Assembly: GCF_001194135.2 (NCBI RefSeq)
Contig: NC_068984.1
Location: 55,213,844 to 55,277,843, forward strand
DNA length: 64,000 nucleotides
Direction: 5' to 3'
Source: Octopus bimaculoides
Lineage: Eukaryota
Part shown: positions 26,031-40,483 of the stretch, one piece after another
How positions within the stretch are numbered: the stretch's first letter is position 1
Layout of the letters: each line of letters opens with the position of its first letter
Notes under the pieces: model-generated
Told to the model about the DNA's origin: nothing
Seen by the model: only the letters and a program-made list of their open reading frames with translations
The model's database searches: none
Position numbers and translations under genes: made by a program

Positions 26031-27139
26031 GGGAGGGATTCATCTACAACAGATATTCAACTACAAAAAATATCATTCCTACAAAATACATTCACCTACA
26101 AGAAATATCATCTCTACAATGTATAAGATGCTCTTCAATTGCTTTACACTTTATTTGACGAATGAGCGTTGATTAAAGTACAGTTACAACAGCGAGTGTT
26201 TGAGCATCTCAGTCAATCGAATGTTTACTATGCTTTTAGTCCTTTATAAACATGATATGCTAATGCGATGGAGTAGCACTGCAGCACCATCAATACTGAA
26301 CGGCAGAGACATTTGAAGAAGGCATTTATATAATAGACGCTCATATTAATAACAGACTTGATATAAAACTGATATAATTTTAACTATTTAAATGTACTTA
26401 ATCTGATAATTGTGTTAGCTGCAAAATACTTAATTTCATATGCGAATAAAGGTTTCTGTTGCGAAAGAGAGACAATAACAACATAAATAAAGAGCAGAAT
26501 AGTGGAAAATACATAACCAGGCAAAATGTAGCCGAACTGTTATATGCATAAAGAGAATCGAATATCCACTTATATTTGTAATGGATCGAAGCGTTTTATG
26601 ATATAAAATATCGAATCCCAAAATACAGTTCCACGCATAATTATAAAATAAAACACATTCAAGCAACGTTTCTATTTTTAAACTGGGTAAGTGTGCCATT
26701 CTCATTATACACAGATACATATATACACACATGTATGTTGTGCATATATATATATATATATATACATATACACATACATATTGTATGTGTATATATATAC
26801 AGAGAGAGAGAGAAAGAGAAAGAGAAAGAGAGAGAGAGATACATACATAGCATACACATATTATGTATATGCACCACAATATAATCATAAAAATTGTTTA
26901 CAATTCACAGCTGATTAATTAGTATTATAGCATTACTAAAGCTATTGGACCATAAAACCTATGCTCGAGAAACATTGTAAAATTGACATGATTCTCCGAT
27001 ACCATACAACCTAGAAAACAACAGCGAAAAAGGAAGTAGCATATAACTACATGGATGAGCACACACACTTGTATAATTATCATTTTACACACACATATAC
27101 ACACACACATATATACACACCCATACAGATACACACATA

Positions 27140-27141
27140 CG

Positions 27142-27231
<90 letters not shown>
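27140..27231. repeat. (AC)n microsatellite
   Basis: Read directly from the sequence. Confidence 0.95.
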
Positions 27232-27232
<1 letters not shown>

Positions 27233-28269
27233 GTATATACAAAAATAAATCAGCTTTTCATAGTATTTACAGGAACTAAAATGTATGCGAATTCTGTCAA
27301 GCAGAACTTATTAGCTTGTAATTTCTCAAAGACAATAGAGAAGAATTCAATATATAGAATGAAATGGCAAAACACAATCAGCAATATTTAACTGTATTTG
27401 TACAAGGCAGGCAGTGTCTCTGACAGTGCTTACTCCGATGTAATTAGACTTGGTCATATCTGTTTAACAAACCACTATTTCCATTAAACTTTTACACAGC
27501 TCCTGAAAGCTTTCTGTATTCACGTAAGCGTATATATGTGATGAAAAAAAGCCAACGAAGATGTAACAGGCAGTAATACTTGGGACTAAATGCTATATGC
27601 TGTTTTGTGTCCTCTTTGTGGGTTCAGCCTTGAAATCCTGCCAAAGTTAATTTTGTTCGGTGTTGATAAGAGGACTAGCAATTATATTCTAGAATTGATC
27701 CAATTGACAATAACAATTTATCATAGAAATTGGCCGAGTGCCTAATCAAAAGGTGTCGATATTTTTGTATCTAACATATATATATATATATATATATATA
27801 TANNNNNNNNNNNNNNNNNNNNNNNNNNNNNNNNNNNNNNNNNNNNNNNNNNNNNNNNNNNNNNNNNNNNATATATATAGCCAATAAAAGAAAAAAGAAA
27901 TCTCTACAAGAATTTACTATCTCCCCAAACTGATTAGCGAATCACTTTCGGTAAATTATATCTTTGACTGCATTCAGAGACGGGTAACGTGTTTGTTCAT
28001 TAAATATAGACTCGTTGGCTTATCCTTATATCATTAATATTGTGTGTCCTGTTATTTTCCTCATAACAAGCACTCTCTTTTTTTTTTTTTATCTTATCGA
28101 ATACTTTTTTCTCTACGTTTCTCCTCTCTAGTAATACTTATTCTTCTCGCAAGAAAGATACGCAACTTTTTCGAAATGATAAATAAGTATACATGATCTT
28201 TATACCAGCGTACTTCCTTCAACAATAACCTACAATTATATATTCTGCAAACTCGAAGCATAAAATTAC

Positions 28270-28365
28270 CTTCCAAGTTCTCAATCTTCAAAAATGGAAT
28301 AACATATTTCCATAACCAATAAAAATTATTGGTTCTGCTTTCTTCATTGGTATTCTGGACTAACC
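28270..28365 (-). CDS. Candidate internal coding exon (96 nt, phase 1-1) of an unidentified gene
   Basis: Acceptor tttttacttttctttcaag, donor AAG|gtaatt, open frame xLVQNTNEESRTNNFYWLWKYVIPFLKIENLE. No homology recognised. Confidence 0.25.
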
Positions 28366-28494
28366 CTTGAAAGAAAAGTAAAAATGTCCTATTTACCTGA
28401 GAAACAATTTCAAAAACATCTGACGTTTCAGTACATTTTACATCCTAAGCCTTGCAGCATTTTGTATATATGTATTTAACATTTATATGTATAG

Positions 28495-28660
28495 AGGTGG
28501 CAAGCTGGCAGAATCATTAGCACGCCGGGCATTTCTTCGAGTTTTATGCTCCGAGTTAAAATTCCGCCGAGATCGATAAAATAAGTGTCAGCTGAGCATG
28601 CGGTGGGTAATTGATTAACCATCCCCACTCCGAAATTGCTGGCCTTGTGCCAAAATTTAA
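28495..28660 (+). mobile_element. tRNA-derived SINE, main family (internally deleted)
   Basis: Head gaggtggcaagctggcagaatcattagcacgccggg and tail ggccttgtgccaaaattt. Confidence 0.75.
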
Positions 28661-29466
28661 AATTAATATTTATACGTATAGAAACATTTTTCATACATTT
28701 ACACGTTAGTATATGGCGCAGTTTGTGCGACTGAGCTATTAATAGTAGTAAATGAACGAATACACATTTTTAAATATTTCCAAATTGAAAGAAACATGTT
28801 GCAAAGAGATATCAATAAAACGAATTTAGAAACGTACAATATGGTATACTTCAGAAATCATCATGTGTATTAACATTTCAGAAATAAATCGATAATAAAA
28901 ATGTTGTACACCACTAATGAGAAAATATCAGTCAAAATGACATTGACTGTAAATCAGAAGAAAACTTTATCGAGAACGTTTATGTAAGATAATCAAATAA
29001 AATTGGCATTAAATGTTTAACAAAACCACACCATCTACAAATATCATTTTATAGCTTATAATTTGGAGAAAGTTTATGATTAGGAGCCTATATATAAAAG
29101 ATGTGTTTTACGATCTACGCGTCTAAGTTTAATGAATTTAAAGATAAAGAGTAGGCTCTAAATTCTGATAAAAAAAAAAGCAATAGAATATACAATCTAA
29201 AAATACAATCTGAGAAAATTGGTGGTGGTAGTGTCAGTAAAATATTACAGTGAAGTTTTTGACTTTGGATCAGCTTACATGTCACAAGGAGGAAGGAGGT
29301 TTATGGTGGCTTAGGACTCAATTTTTAACTAAGAGTAGAAGAATTCAAATCAGTTGACACTTTATTATTCTGACAAACGGAGTGTCAGGCGCAAAAGGTC
29401 ATATTTCCTTTCAACCTGTATCACAGAAATTTAGCAAATTAAACATCACTATTTCTCTCTCTCTCA

Positions 29467-29497
<31 letters not shown>

Positions 29498-30109
29498 NNN
29501 NNNNNNNNNNNNNNNNNNNNNNNNNNNNNNNNNNNNNNNNNNNNNNNNNNNNNNNNNNNNNNNNNNNNNNNNNNNNNNNNNNNNNNNNNNNNNNNNNNNN
29601 NNNNNNNNNNNNNNNNNNNNNNNNNNNNNNNNNNNNNNNNNNNNNNNNNNNNNNNNNNNNNNNNNNNNNNNNNNNNNNNNNNNNNNNNNNNNNNNNNNNN
29701 NNNNNNNNNNNNNNNNNNNNNNNNNNNNNNNNNNNNNNNNNNNNNNNNNNNNNNNNNNNNNNNNNNNNNNNNNNNNNNNNNNNNNNNNNNNNNNNNNNNN
29801 NNNNNNNNNNNNNNNNNNNNNNNNNNNNNNNNNNNNNNNNNNNNNNNNNNNNNNNNNNNNNNNNNNNNNNNNNNNNNNNNNNNNNNNNNNNNNNNNNNNN
29901 NNNNNNNNNNNNNNNNNNNNNNNNNNNNNNNNNNNNNNNNNNNNNNNNNNNNNNNNNNNNNNNNNNNNNNNNNNNNNNNNNNNNNNNNNNNNNNNNNNNN
30001 NNNNNNNNNNNNNNNNNNNNNNNNNNNNNNNNNNNNNNNNNNNNNNNNNNNNNNNNNNNNNNNNNNNNNNNNNNNNNNNNNNNNNNNNNNNNNNNNNNNN
30101 NNNNNNNNN
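29498..30109. other. Assembly gap (N run)
   Basis: N run. Other gaps are at about 3981, 6777, 27803, 44737, 46209, 53767, 58573, 59773 and 60971. Confidence 1.
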
Positions 30110-30499
30110 TATAGAAACACGTTCTTAATATTTTAATTTTCCCCTCTCCACACCAAATTCAATTTTTACCTTTTTCAAATATTTTTTCTTGGTAATCCAT
30201 GGAGAAAAAACAGAGAGTACGAATCATTAAGAGATTTACCCGTCACCTCAAGAAGCTACACACTGCCAATGTTTCACTTTTAGCTTCTTAGAAAGCGGGG
30301 AAGTTTTTTTAAGGAATAATGTCATTTACCTGTTGTTTCTAGCATGTCGGGTTTTCTGGTGGTGGTCTGATATTTTTTAAGTTTGCTATTTCAGTAGAAT
30401 TCAACGCATGCGGTAAACATCACATAAAAGTGAAAGCGACTAGGTGATGGGTGGACGAGGTAGAGGAAGGGGCATTGAGTGTTTCTTTAAGAAAAAATA

Positions 30500-30897
30500 A
30501 ACAATAAAAAATATATGTATTTATCAGATTCGTAATCTCTGTATTTTTCTACGTATATAACAACAAAAAACATCGAAAGAGTTACAAATTCAGAAATTGC
30601 GGTGAGGATGGGGGAATGGGGAATTAAAATTTTGAAAACGAGATTTCTGGACAAAATCGTATTACCCCCTCCTTTATACGATGAAGCAATACATAGTTTG
30701 TGATCCTTCTTAAGAACAGAAAGCCTTTTCATGCAAACCCTTGCAAATTGTACCCTCCCCTTCACTTTTAAACAAACAATAACTTCCATTATGCCATAAC
30801 TATATATCAGTGGTGCCGATTCTGCCCATAAGAAAAAAACATATAATACAATGTGCCTGTAGGTCATAACTGGGCAATGCCGGGATACATTGCTAGT
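30500..30897 (+). mobile_element. Probable non-autonomous Helitron (3' terminus clear, 5' end uncertain)
   Basis: Ends gggcaatgccgggatacattgCTAGt, a short GC hairpin followed by CTAG|T. Confidence 0.5.
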
Positions 30898-32296
30898 CAT
30901 TACATAAAGGTAAATCAGAAATGACTCGATAGTGATGAAATATTTCAAATTAGTTTCTCATCTGCTTTGTAAATTATGGTACTGATTTATGCATATACTT
31001 AAGATAGCTCTACATAATTAAAGTTTGCTTGGAAAAAAATCAGCAATAAAGAAAAATGTGTATTTATTAGAATCACATTGGCTTAGTTTTGTAGTGAGGG
31101 AAAAAGTCTACCTACGTAATTCTTCAAATTAAAGTTATACTAGACCTGCTACTGTGCTGTAATTTATAAAGCATTCTCTTACAAACTTTGAAATTCTGTA
31201 ATGTACCAAGTTCTGGTTTCAAATTTCCGTATTTAAATACCAACATGAGACAATAGGATGTATGGTAATGGGTCTGATCGATTATTGAATTCCGGTCTAT
31301 TGTAATATTATCATTCGGTGATAAGCGCCCTGTCTCTTATGAGACAAGTATGCTTGAAAAATAAGTATGTCAGAGAAGTAGAAGCAAGAACCAGTTTGTG
31401 TACAGGATCTCTCACACAAAATGATGGCGGTAATTTTATTAATACCCAGCATTAATGTCTTTAGTTTAATGTCTGCTGTAAAACCGCGTATGAAGAGTGG
31501 AAAGGAATATCTCATCGGAATATTTTCAATAGAATTTATACTATACATCAACTGTAGGCCAGCTCTGATCAATTACATCTAGAGTCAAAAACATCCCAGC
31601 CATGGCCATACGAATTTTTCTCAGACAATGTATCTATACCAGTAATGTGTTCTTTCTGTTTTCAAGATTGTTTGCGATGAGAAAATTCAGTTGCTGTTTC
31701 TAGCAAGTCCAGCAACTAGTTTCCAGTTTTCTCGTTTGCTGTTCATCACGTCAGAGCTGCTTCGTTGGATGGAGTTTATGGTATTACACAGGATAGTATG
31801 CTATACCCACTATCTTGCAAGCCTAACACTCAGTTTTCCATTTAGTTTGGTTTTATGGTAGATATAATTGTCCAATATTTAAAACGTTTCTCATTGCTGA
31901 TTTTGTAGTAAGACAATTTGTTCCCTACTAATTACCCATAAAAGCATTACCATTCTTTGATACCGGATTGACGTTTACTGATTTCTGCAGCAATTATCCA
32001 TAAAATACATTACTAAAACAATATATCAGGCATGTAATATATAGAGATCACAAATCTAAAGTGACAGAATATATTAGATTTGCAAATATTAGATTTGCAG
32101 AAGCAAATATGCAGAGTAAGTTTAAAGCGGGTCCTTTCTAAATAGTTTGATAGGTACAATAAAATAACTCATTACATCTCTAGAGTAGTGGTCAAATGAA
32201 AAGGAAAGTAGATTTTTTTCGTCTGGCTGCTTAAAATGATATTATTGTCCATATATACACACACTCACACATGCGAACACACAACATGTACTCCGC

Positions 32297-32341
<45 letters not shown>

Positions 32342-33406
32342 CCACACTACACACATAGATGTGGTGTTATTTCCTTTAAATTGGCTTTATTTAAATTAAA
32401 ATACTTTCGTATTTATTATTTAATATATAATGTATAATCAGATAGGAGAAAATAAGTTCAAAAAAGAACAATTCATACATTTTGAGAGGTCAAAAAAGAG
32501 AGAAAGAATGATTTCTAATAAAGATTCACCATATTCATAAAAAAAAACAGCCAGAGGCACATACAGGAGTGGTGATGTGAAACACCCCAAACTGAGGAAA
32601 TCAAAAGGACCACGGTGGTACTCCAACATAACGGTAGTTACATGGCTGAAACGAGTAAAAGGTTAAAGAGTATACTTATATACATATACACTATATGCAT
32701 ACATATATAATTTATATGCATATATATATTGGTTAAAAGTTATTGAGTCATAGTTTGTAATGGAATCAAGATCCGCGTTGAACATATTCTGAAAAAAAAA
32801 TGCTGGCGATGTTACCAAATTTTGGATTTGACAGTCTGGAGGAAGTTTTAAAATAGCTACTATGACTGTAATATACTATGTTATAGCGTGATGCTCGTTG
32901 ATGCCACACCCTAGACCTAAATAGATAACAGGCGTAGAAACATTCTCCGAGACACTAATCTCAAACAACAAGTCGTGGTGAAAACTGGTAGAATCGTCAA
33001 GTCTATAATCTATATACCATATGTAATTTGTAATAAGAATTATAAGACGTTTGCTACAAATAAATATATGTAATTTACGAACACTGAAATTTGATACATC
33101 GCAAATGATAGTAATAAATATCGTGGATAATATTGCCGAATATTGCAAAGACGATACTATTCGGAATATTGTCAAAGCGTTTGATGATTATTGAAATGGC
33201 TACTTCGAAAACAAAACTTCTGGATTTAATAAATCTGTCGATATATGCGAGTTCTAATGGTACGAATGAAATTTATACTACGTAATTGTTTCAATTTTAA
33301 ATAGTTATCGAAACAAATACAACTCCAGGATTCTAGATTATTCAAGTTCTTTTAATTTATCTGACCATATTTAGCTTTCAACAACAAGTAAGATAGGAAT
33401 CTGATA

Positions 33407-34330
33407 CACGAGGGTCGGCTTAAAAGTTTATAGGTTGACCAAAATATTCTCATGGAATGTGACAAAATGAGGTTTATTTTTCAACATAGTCCCCCTTCCG
33501 GTCTATACGGAAGATTTAATCCTGTTCCTCAACACGCCATCAACAATAGATACAACATAATCATTACTGCGATACTGGTTCCCGGCCAAGTGCTTTTTCG
33601 AGTTGGGAAACCGACAATAGTCAGGTGAGGCCGAATCAGGAGAACAGGAAGGCTGAGCAACCAGTTCAAAGCTGCATTCACGCACAGCAGCCATTGAAAC
33701 CAAGGCGTATGTCCTAATAAAAGAAGACTATTTTAGTCAGTTTTCGCGGGCATTTGGGCTTGATAGCCTTTTGTAACTGCCTCAGCAAGTTGGTTCAGTA
33801 CCCGTTATTGATATAGCCCTTTTGAAGATAGCCACTAAACACAATAGATTTTGCATCCTAAAACACTAAGGTCATCACCAGATGAAAGGATCTTGTCCTT
33901 CTTTGTGAGCAGGTGAGGAAGGATATTTCCACTACATAGATTGTATCTTGATGCCATCACTAATTCTAAGCTAGGAAACGTTTAAAGAAACTAGTTGGAT
34001 CTGCCTGAAACAATGTCAAATTTTTCGGTGATGCGATCAGCCTGGTGCACTTTTGAACAAAATGTTAGAAGACGTGGGACACACCTAGCACAACCCTTCG
34101 TCATAGCATTGGCTATTTGACTTAAAGTGAACTGCCTGTCATCCATCACAATGTGGTGAACACAATCAATGTTGTAGGACGTCCAAAAACTTAGATTATC
34201 ATCAAATCTCTTCCTTCCCCACCTAAATTCAGCAGCCCGCTTTTCCACTGTTGATAAAGCTGATGCGTCATCTCCTAATGTAGCAACCATGTCAGTATAA
34301 ATGTTGCTGGGGTCTAAACCCTTTTTTCTG
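33407..34330 (-). mobile_element. Mariner (Tc1/mariner) transposon remnant
   Basis: TA followed by TIR-like cacgagggtcggcttaaaagtttatagg at 33405. Minus frames give MVATLGDDASALSTVEKRAAEFRWGR (HTH) and QPSCSPDSASPDYCRFPNSKKHLAG (similar to HPPYSPDLAPSDY-LF). Confidence 0.9.
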
Positions 34331-34741
34331 CAGTTAGTACTGGAAAGGTGTGACCCAAGTAGAATTGTTATGGGAAGTGAGCAAATATGTTTAGATTAAT
34401 TTTATAGTTTCACTTGTAATCATCTCTGAACTGAGAAAATTAATGCGTAAGCCAGCGCGTAAGAAAGTGAGTATTTGTTTATATGTGGATATGTCTGAGT
34501 TCATTTTGTGTGAAAGTGCATGTATGTTGATAAGTGCATTAGGTAATTGAGTGTGTGTTTGTGTGTGCACCCGCGCGCGCGTGTGTACATTTTCTGTATA
34601 TGAGTACATTAAATATTTATGTGTACATCATTGTATATACTGCTTGTGTATTCAGCAATAGACTCTAACTTGTTTCATTTTCGAGCAAATTTCCATCCAA
34701 ACATATTAAAAAGAAAATAGCTATGCTTTATACGCGTTTGT

Positions 34742-35330
34742 ATAAGGCTGGAAAAAAAATCCTATTGCATTTCAAGATGGGAAAGAAACAAATGTTCTTA
34801 GGTCTTAATTGACTGATTTAATCCATATAATATTTCCCCTCATTATTGATAGTATAACCCCATCTATGTGGCAAATTGTTGATTCCTCGGGCGCAAAATA
34901 TTTCAGGTTTCGATGCAAAGAAACAGTCCGAAAATTATTGTTCCATCGGACGTAATATTTCTTCAGATTTTTAAGCAAAGATATGCTCAATATCATTTTT
35001 AACCGCTTCAAATTTTATAGACTGTTTTCTCTCTAAATAATGTTGCAATGATCTGAAAAAAATATTGTTAGCTGAAATAAGATTGCGAAAGTAAGGACGA
35101 TGAGGCAAAATTTTCATAATAATTTCGTAAGTGACTTAGGTAATATGTGTTCTTGCATCATATGTAGGAGCAACATCATTCTAAGATTAATGATCGATAG
35201 GCGCTTTGTCTTCAAACATTTTGTGCAATGGCTCCAATTGACTACTATAGTTCTCCGCATTAAATGTTTTGGTTTGACAATTTATGATAAACGACGCCTG
35301 TGTGTATTTAGAATATAGAACAAGTATGAG
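34742..35330 (-). mobile_element. Second mariner remnant (C-terminal transposase)
   Basis: ILPHRPYFRNLISANNIFFRSLQHYL...FFASKPEIFCARGINNLPHRWGYTINNEGKYII matches the mariner C-terminus. It is interrupted by (AT)n on the right. Confidence 0.85.
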
Positions 35331-35425
35331 TTGGCAGCTCATGGATGGCCGTTGGTCATAAATATTATCATAAGTATCCCTACATATATACTTTCAAACG
35401 ACGCGTATGCATATGCATATGTATT

Positions 35426-35503
<78 letters not shown>

Positions 35504-37659
35504 AATACATATGTATATACATACACATGTTCTGCGTGCTAACGATTTTGGCAGGCTGCCATCTTCTATATCAGTATATTACTATTTTATCATTGACGAA
35601 TCTTTAAACGTATATATATTTGTATCATTGACAAATTTCTAAGTATATATGTATGTAGCTATATACAAATAAAATATTGGTAGGAACGTATTGTGCCATT
35701 TTTGGAATCTTTAGCAAACAACACCCTAGACCAGTTGTAGTCCGTACAGGATGCTTCCATGATATTTCCGCTTACTAAAATCTACTCACATTGTCGGTTC
35801 GACCAAGTCGCAGAGGTAGAGCTCTACTATTTTACATACATGTTCACCATCTCATAAAATGAAATTCTGTTCGGTTACGCAACTTTTTTACCCAGAAGTA
35901 TCAATCGTTATAAGTATAATATACCAAAATTGGATGCATGTAAAACAATTGTCGAAATCGTATGAATAACTACATATTTACGAATTGTCTATGAATCATG
36001 AGTATCACCATTTCATACGTCCTCTATACCTACTCATCACCCCAACACCACTTTGGTAATCATTTATCATTTTCATGTTTTTTTCTTCCATTTTTCACTG
36101 CAACAATAATCAATTCTATCCTTTGTATTCGGAAAGAAATGTTTACCCTCACATAATATATAAACAGCCTGTTATATCAATTTTCCATCCATTTATATAA
36201 TTAGGCTATTTACTTATCTCCTTCACTTCTTTTTTCCTTCACTTATTCACTCCCTCTCTATTGCCTTCTCCGTCACTCTCAATCTCTCAAATGTGACATG
36301 TTTATAGCAATATTCCGTCATTCCATTATTGAAATATAAACGTCTAACAAAATATCATGTCATCAATAGTATTTACTATATATCAGGGTGCATAATTCCT
36401 TACAAGTTTTCCTACTTTGATCCTAATAGCCATTTGCCCATTGAGTAAGGAATTATTTCTCCGATAGAGGAAGTGTCACATCAAATACTGCCACCTACTT
36501 TTGTATTTCCTATAATTTAGATTCAACAAAGTAATAACTCGTACTATTACGTTATTTGACAATATATGTATTTCTTTGATATTGTAAGGTATCAAAACTA
36601 TTAGTTTCGAGGATTAAGATGATTTTCTAATGCTTCTATAGGATTTGTAGGGAAGAATACACTTTTCTGGTTTGTCATTGCTTTTACCAGAAGCCTAGAA
36701 ATGTTCCATAAAAATCTCATGTCCATTTTCTATACATTGATGCATTTAGTTTCGAGAAGATAGGAATTCATACTACCTGACTATCTTACTTAGATGAAAG
36801 AGAGAGTTCATATGCACTCACAAATCACAAAATGATCGAAATTATGATTTCAATATGAAGATTGAAAAAATAAGGTACACAGTTGAACATCAAATACCAC
36901 CAAATCACTATTTTGTTTTTATTTTAGCATATTATATTTCTGAAAACGAAATAAAATCTACCCTTTTACTATTTATTTCAAGAATATTTCTTTACAAATT
37001 ATATGATGCTGCTTGGTTTAATAAATTCATAACATCCTATCAAAACGAAAGAATATTTCAATAAATGTTAGATAAATGAAAGATAATAATTTTTATATTC
37101 ACTATGATATTAGAATTTGATTTTGACGTTAGTCCTTGAACAAAGTTCAAAATATCGTCAGTATGTTGCTTAAATACAAAAATAAGTTTAGTAAAATTGT
37201 TTAGTATAATTATTTATATTCAACTTCATTAACATCTGTTTGTTCTTTAATTTCAATCGAGCATCGTTCAAGAATTTGTTAATAAATTGCGAATTCTTTT
37301 GGAAGTGGTTGGTTTTTCCACATTACGAAACTGCACTTCTCGCAAACAATTCTGAAGAATTATGAGATACATCAACAGATCGATATCAAATGGTTGAAAG
37401 GAGCCATTGCTCATGTATTGTGGAGCAATACATGACTGACAAGATTCTACACTAAAGCTTTAGAAATAAACTGGTTAACACTCAATAGAATAACATAGAA
37501 CGCATTAAAATACCGGCCTGTAAAATAACGTGTTACGACCACGAAACGTGTTTATTGCAATGCTATTTATCATGCCATAAATGTATATTCCGCTCATTTT
37601 AAAGTGAAGTCTTGATAACATATCCGTTGTTATCGCCACTAAAAATCAACTTCTGTTAT

Positions 37660-37885
37660 GTGCATAAAAGGAAGGCGTTGAGCTCGCACCATCGTTAGAG
37701 CGTTGGATGGAATGTTTAGCTGCATTTCTTCTGACATTTGACTTTCTCATTTCAAATTGTTCCAAGGTTAACTTTGCTTCTTTCTTCTTTTGGTGTCGGT
37801 AAAGTAAAGTACCATTAAAGCAGCATGGTCGATGTAATCCACCAATCCCTTCCCGCTCAAACTGCTGGCGTTGTGACAAGCTTTC
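37660..37885 (+). mobile_element. Degenerate tRNA-derived SINE, main family
   Basis: aaggcgttgagctcgcaccatcgttagagcg...aaactgctggcgttgtg. This explains the ORF at 37646-37879. Confidence 0.65.
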
Positions 37886-38239
37886 ACCTATGTGAAAAAA
37901 AAAGATTCAGTTAAATGGCTAAATATGTGAGCTGTTCATTATATTTTCTTGGGCATTTTTATATATAAACATCAAATACCTCGATCTACCCTACGTTTTC
38001 AGTTGGTTTTTATCTCCGACATCATTGACTTTGTAACTAATAACGTTAATAGCTTTACCTTAAAAACAAACGATCTTCATTCGAATTCAGGGTTGGGCTA
38101 AATTACGTTTATTGAATATCAAAATAAGAGCGTAAAACGCAGGTTAGATGGGAGTATTTTAGAAAAATATCTTCTCTTAAAATTCATGATTAGAGAAGCA
38201 TATTTATTGAAATAATTATACATCTCCAATTACATTTCT

Positions 38240-38445
38240 ACTATAGACACAAGGCCTGAAATTTTGGGGCAGGGAGTTAGTCGAGTACATCGGCCCCAAT
38301 GTTCAACTGGTACTTATTTTATAGATTCCAAAAGGATGAAAGGCAAAATCGAACTCGACCAAATTTGAACTCAGAATGCAAAAGCTGACGAAATGCCGCT
38401 GAGCACTTTGTTCTGTGTGCTTACGATTTTGGTAGGTTGCCATCT
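38240..38445 (-). mobile_element. tRNA-derived SINE, main family
   Basis: acacaaggcctgaaatttt...tttgaactcagaatg...tacgattttggtaggttgcc. Confidence 0.75.
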
Positions 38446-38782
38446 TATTTATCAGTATATTACTGTTTTATCATTGACAAATATCTGAACGTGTTAAGAT
38501 AATTCTATTACAATGATCTCCATCTGCCAGTCATTCACTGTTTCAAGCAAATTTAAGGCTCAAGGATCATATCATACTATGTATGCTAAGTTAAACTAAA
38601 TTTCAATCAATACCGTTGTTATCATTCAGCGAAATATTATTGATTGATTTAATTCGAAATATTATTGACTGATATAATCCCCCGTATATTTTCCATTGAC
38701 ATTAACTGGTATCAACTGACCGATATCAAATGATATATTAATATCAATGGCAGTGTTATTTTGATATTTCTTGACGAAAAAT

Positions 38783-38995
38783 AAGGCGGCAAGCTGGCAG
38801 TATAGTTAGCGCACCGGAAAAATGCTTAGTGCCGTTTCGTCCGTCTTTATAGCCTGAGTTCAAATTCTGCTCAGGCCGACATTGCCTTTCAACATTTCAG
38901 AGTCCGTAAAATAAATTCTAGTTGAGCACTACGGTTAATGTAATCGATTTATCCCTCCACTCGAATTGCAGGCCTTGTACCAAAATCTGAAATCG
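38783..38995 (+). mobile_element. tRNA-derived SINE, main family
   Basis: Head aaggcggcaagctggcag, B box tgagttcaaattc, tail ggccttgtacc. Confidence 0.8.
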
Positions 38996-40284
38996 ATACT
39001 ATTAAATGAAAAACAAATTAAAACATTGTAATGTGGAAAGATCTTAATGATATAGAGATCTAATGTGTTACGAGCTATCAACAACAGACAATAGGCTGGG
39101 TCTCTTAGCAATGATATTAAATGGTTTGAACTACCTTAGGCGTTTGAGTTCAATGCCCATCTAATGCATCACAGTAAACATAATTTTAAATTACTTCAGT
39201 TCATTACATGCTAAAATCGCGTTAAAATTGTTTTTATGCTGCTTCAAATTCACCTGGTTTTCAGGATATAAAATTGGCAAAAAAAAACAAAAAACAAATA
39301 CATATTCTAACTTTTTCATGGGACAATTGAGTGCTACACGTAATAATATTAAATGACCATTGGTAACAGAATCATAATGTTGAAGGATATGCAGTGTTAT
39401 TATGACAGAGTGATGTGACATGTTTCTTTTATCCATGGAGAACTGCGAAAATCACGATTATAAAAATCGGTGATCCGATATATTTGCGATCGTTTTATTT
39501 CAATCAAGTTACATAATTTCAGGCGTGGCATAGGAGCCACAAATCTAGTTGCGCATTTATAAAACAAATGAGCTTACCAAAAGGCTACAGTACGGATCTC
39601 CAGTTGAAATACAAGGATCTCTACAGTAATTATTATTCAGAAACAGATGTCCCTCACAATTTTATCAATGTTTAAAATTCATGTTATATGTACATTAATC
39701 GCTCATCTTACACCTGTATATTTTATTTATTTCAAACGAAAATTAAACAACGTGTTATTTATACCAAAGTATTAATTCCAGTTCTTCAAATTTTATGAAT
39801 ACAGTTTTATACATCATTATTATAGAATGCACTAAATAACTTCTAATATACAGCCGTTTACATGCCACAGTGATAGCTATTTTAGGTTAAGTTATTATTG
39901 TATCAGTAATATACTTCAGAAACGATTCTATTGGTGTGTAGGGAAGATAAACACACTTCCACATTTCAACCGACATATTATACAGTAGAATGCTGCCAAT
40001 TGTTATTGTTATATTCCCGAAACAATAATAAAATGTATGGTTATCAACATTCTGTACATTAGAAATGTGAATAGCTTACCCTTTCCAAAAGATTATCTAA
40101 TCTTTTTCAAGTATGCAAGAAATTCTTTTAGAATTGTGTTTGAAATAACACTATCAGAAACAAAGGCGTCTTTCAAAACCATGCAGTGAATATGGGAAAA
40201 CATAAATGTTTTCTCTTAAATATATTCAATCAAGGCAAATGGTACAGTTAACTCTTTTTGCCCTGTTTCTTTTGATAATACATT

Positions 40285-40483
40285 CTTTTCTACTCTAGGC
40301 ACAACGCTCGAAATTTGGGAGGAGGGGGACCAGTTCGACCCCAGTACGCAGCTAGTACTTAATTTATCGACCTCGAAAGGCAAAGTCGACTTCAGCGGAA
40401 TTTGAATTGAGGACGTAAAAACAGACGAAATAGCGCTAACCATTTCGCCCGGCGTGCTAAAGTTTCTGCCTGCTCGCCGCCTT
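40285..40483 (-). mobile_element. tRNA-derived SINE, main family
   Basis: Ends ttctgcctgctcgccgcctt, the reverse complement of the head. This explains the ORF at 40216-40542. Confidence 0.85.
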
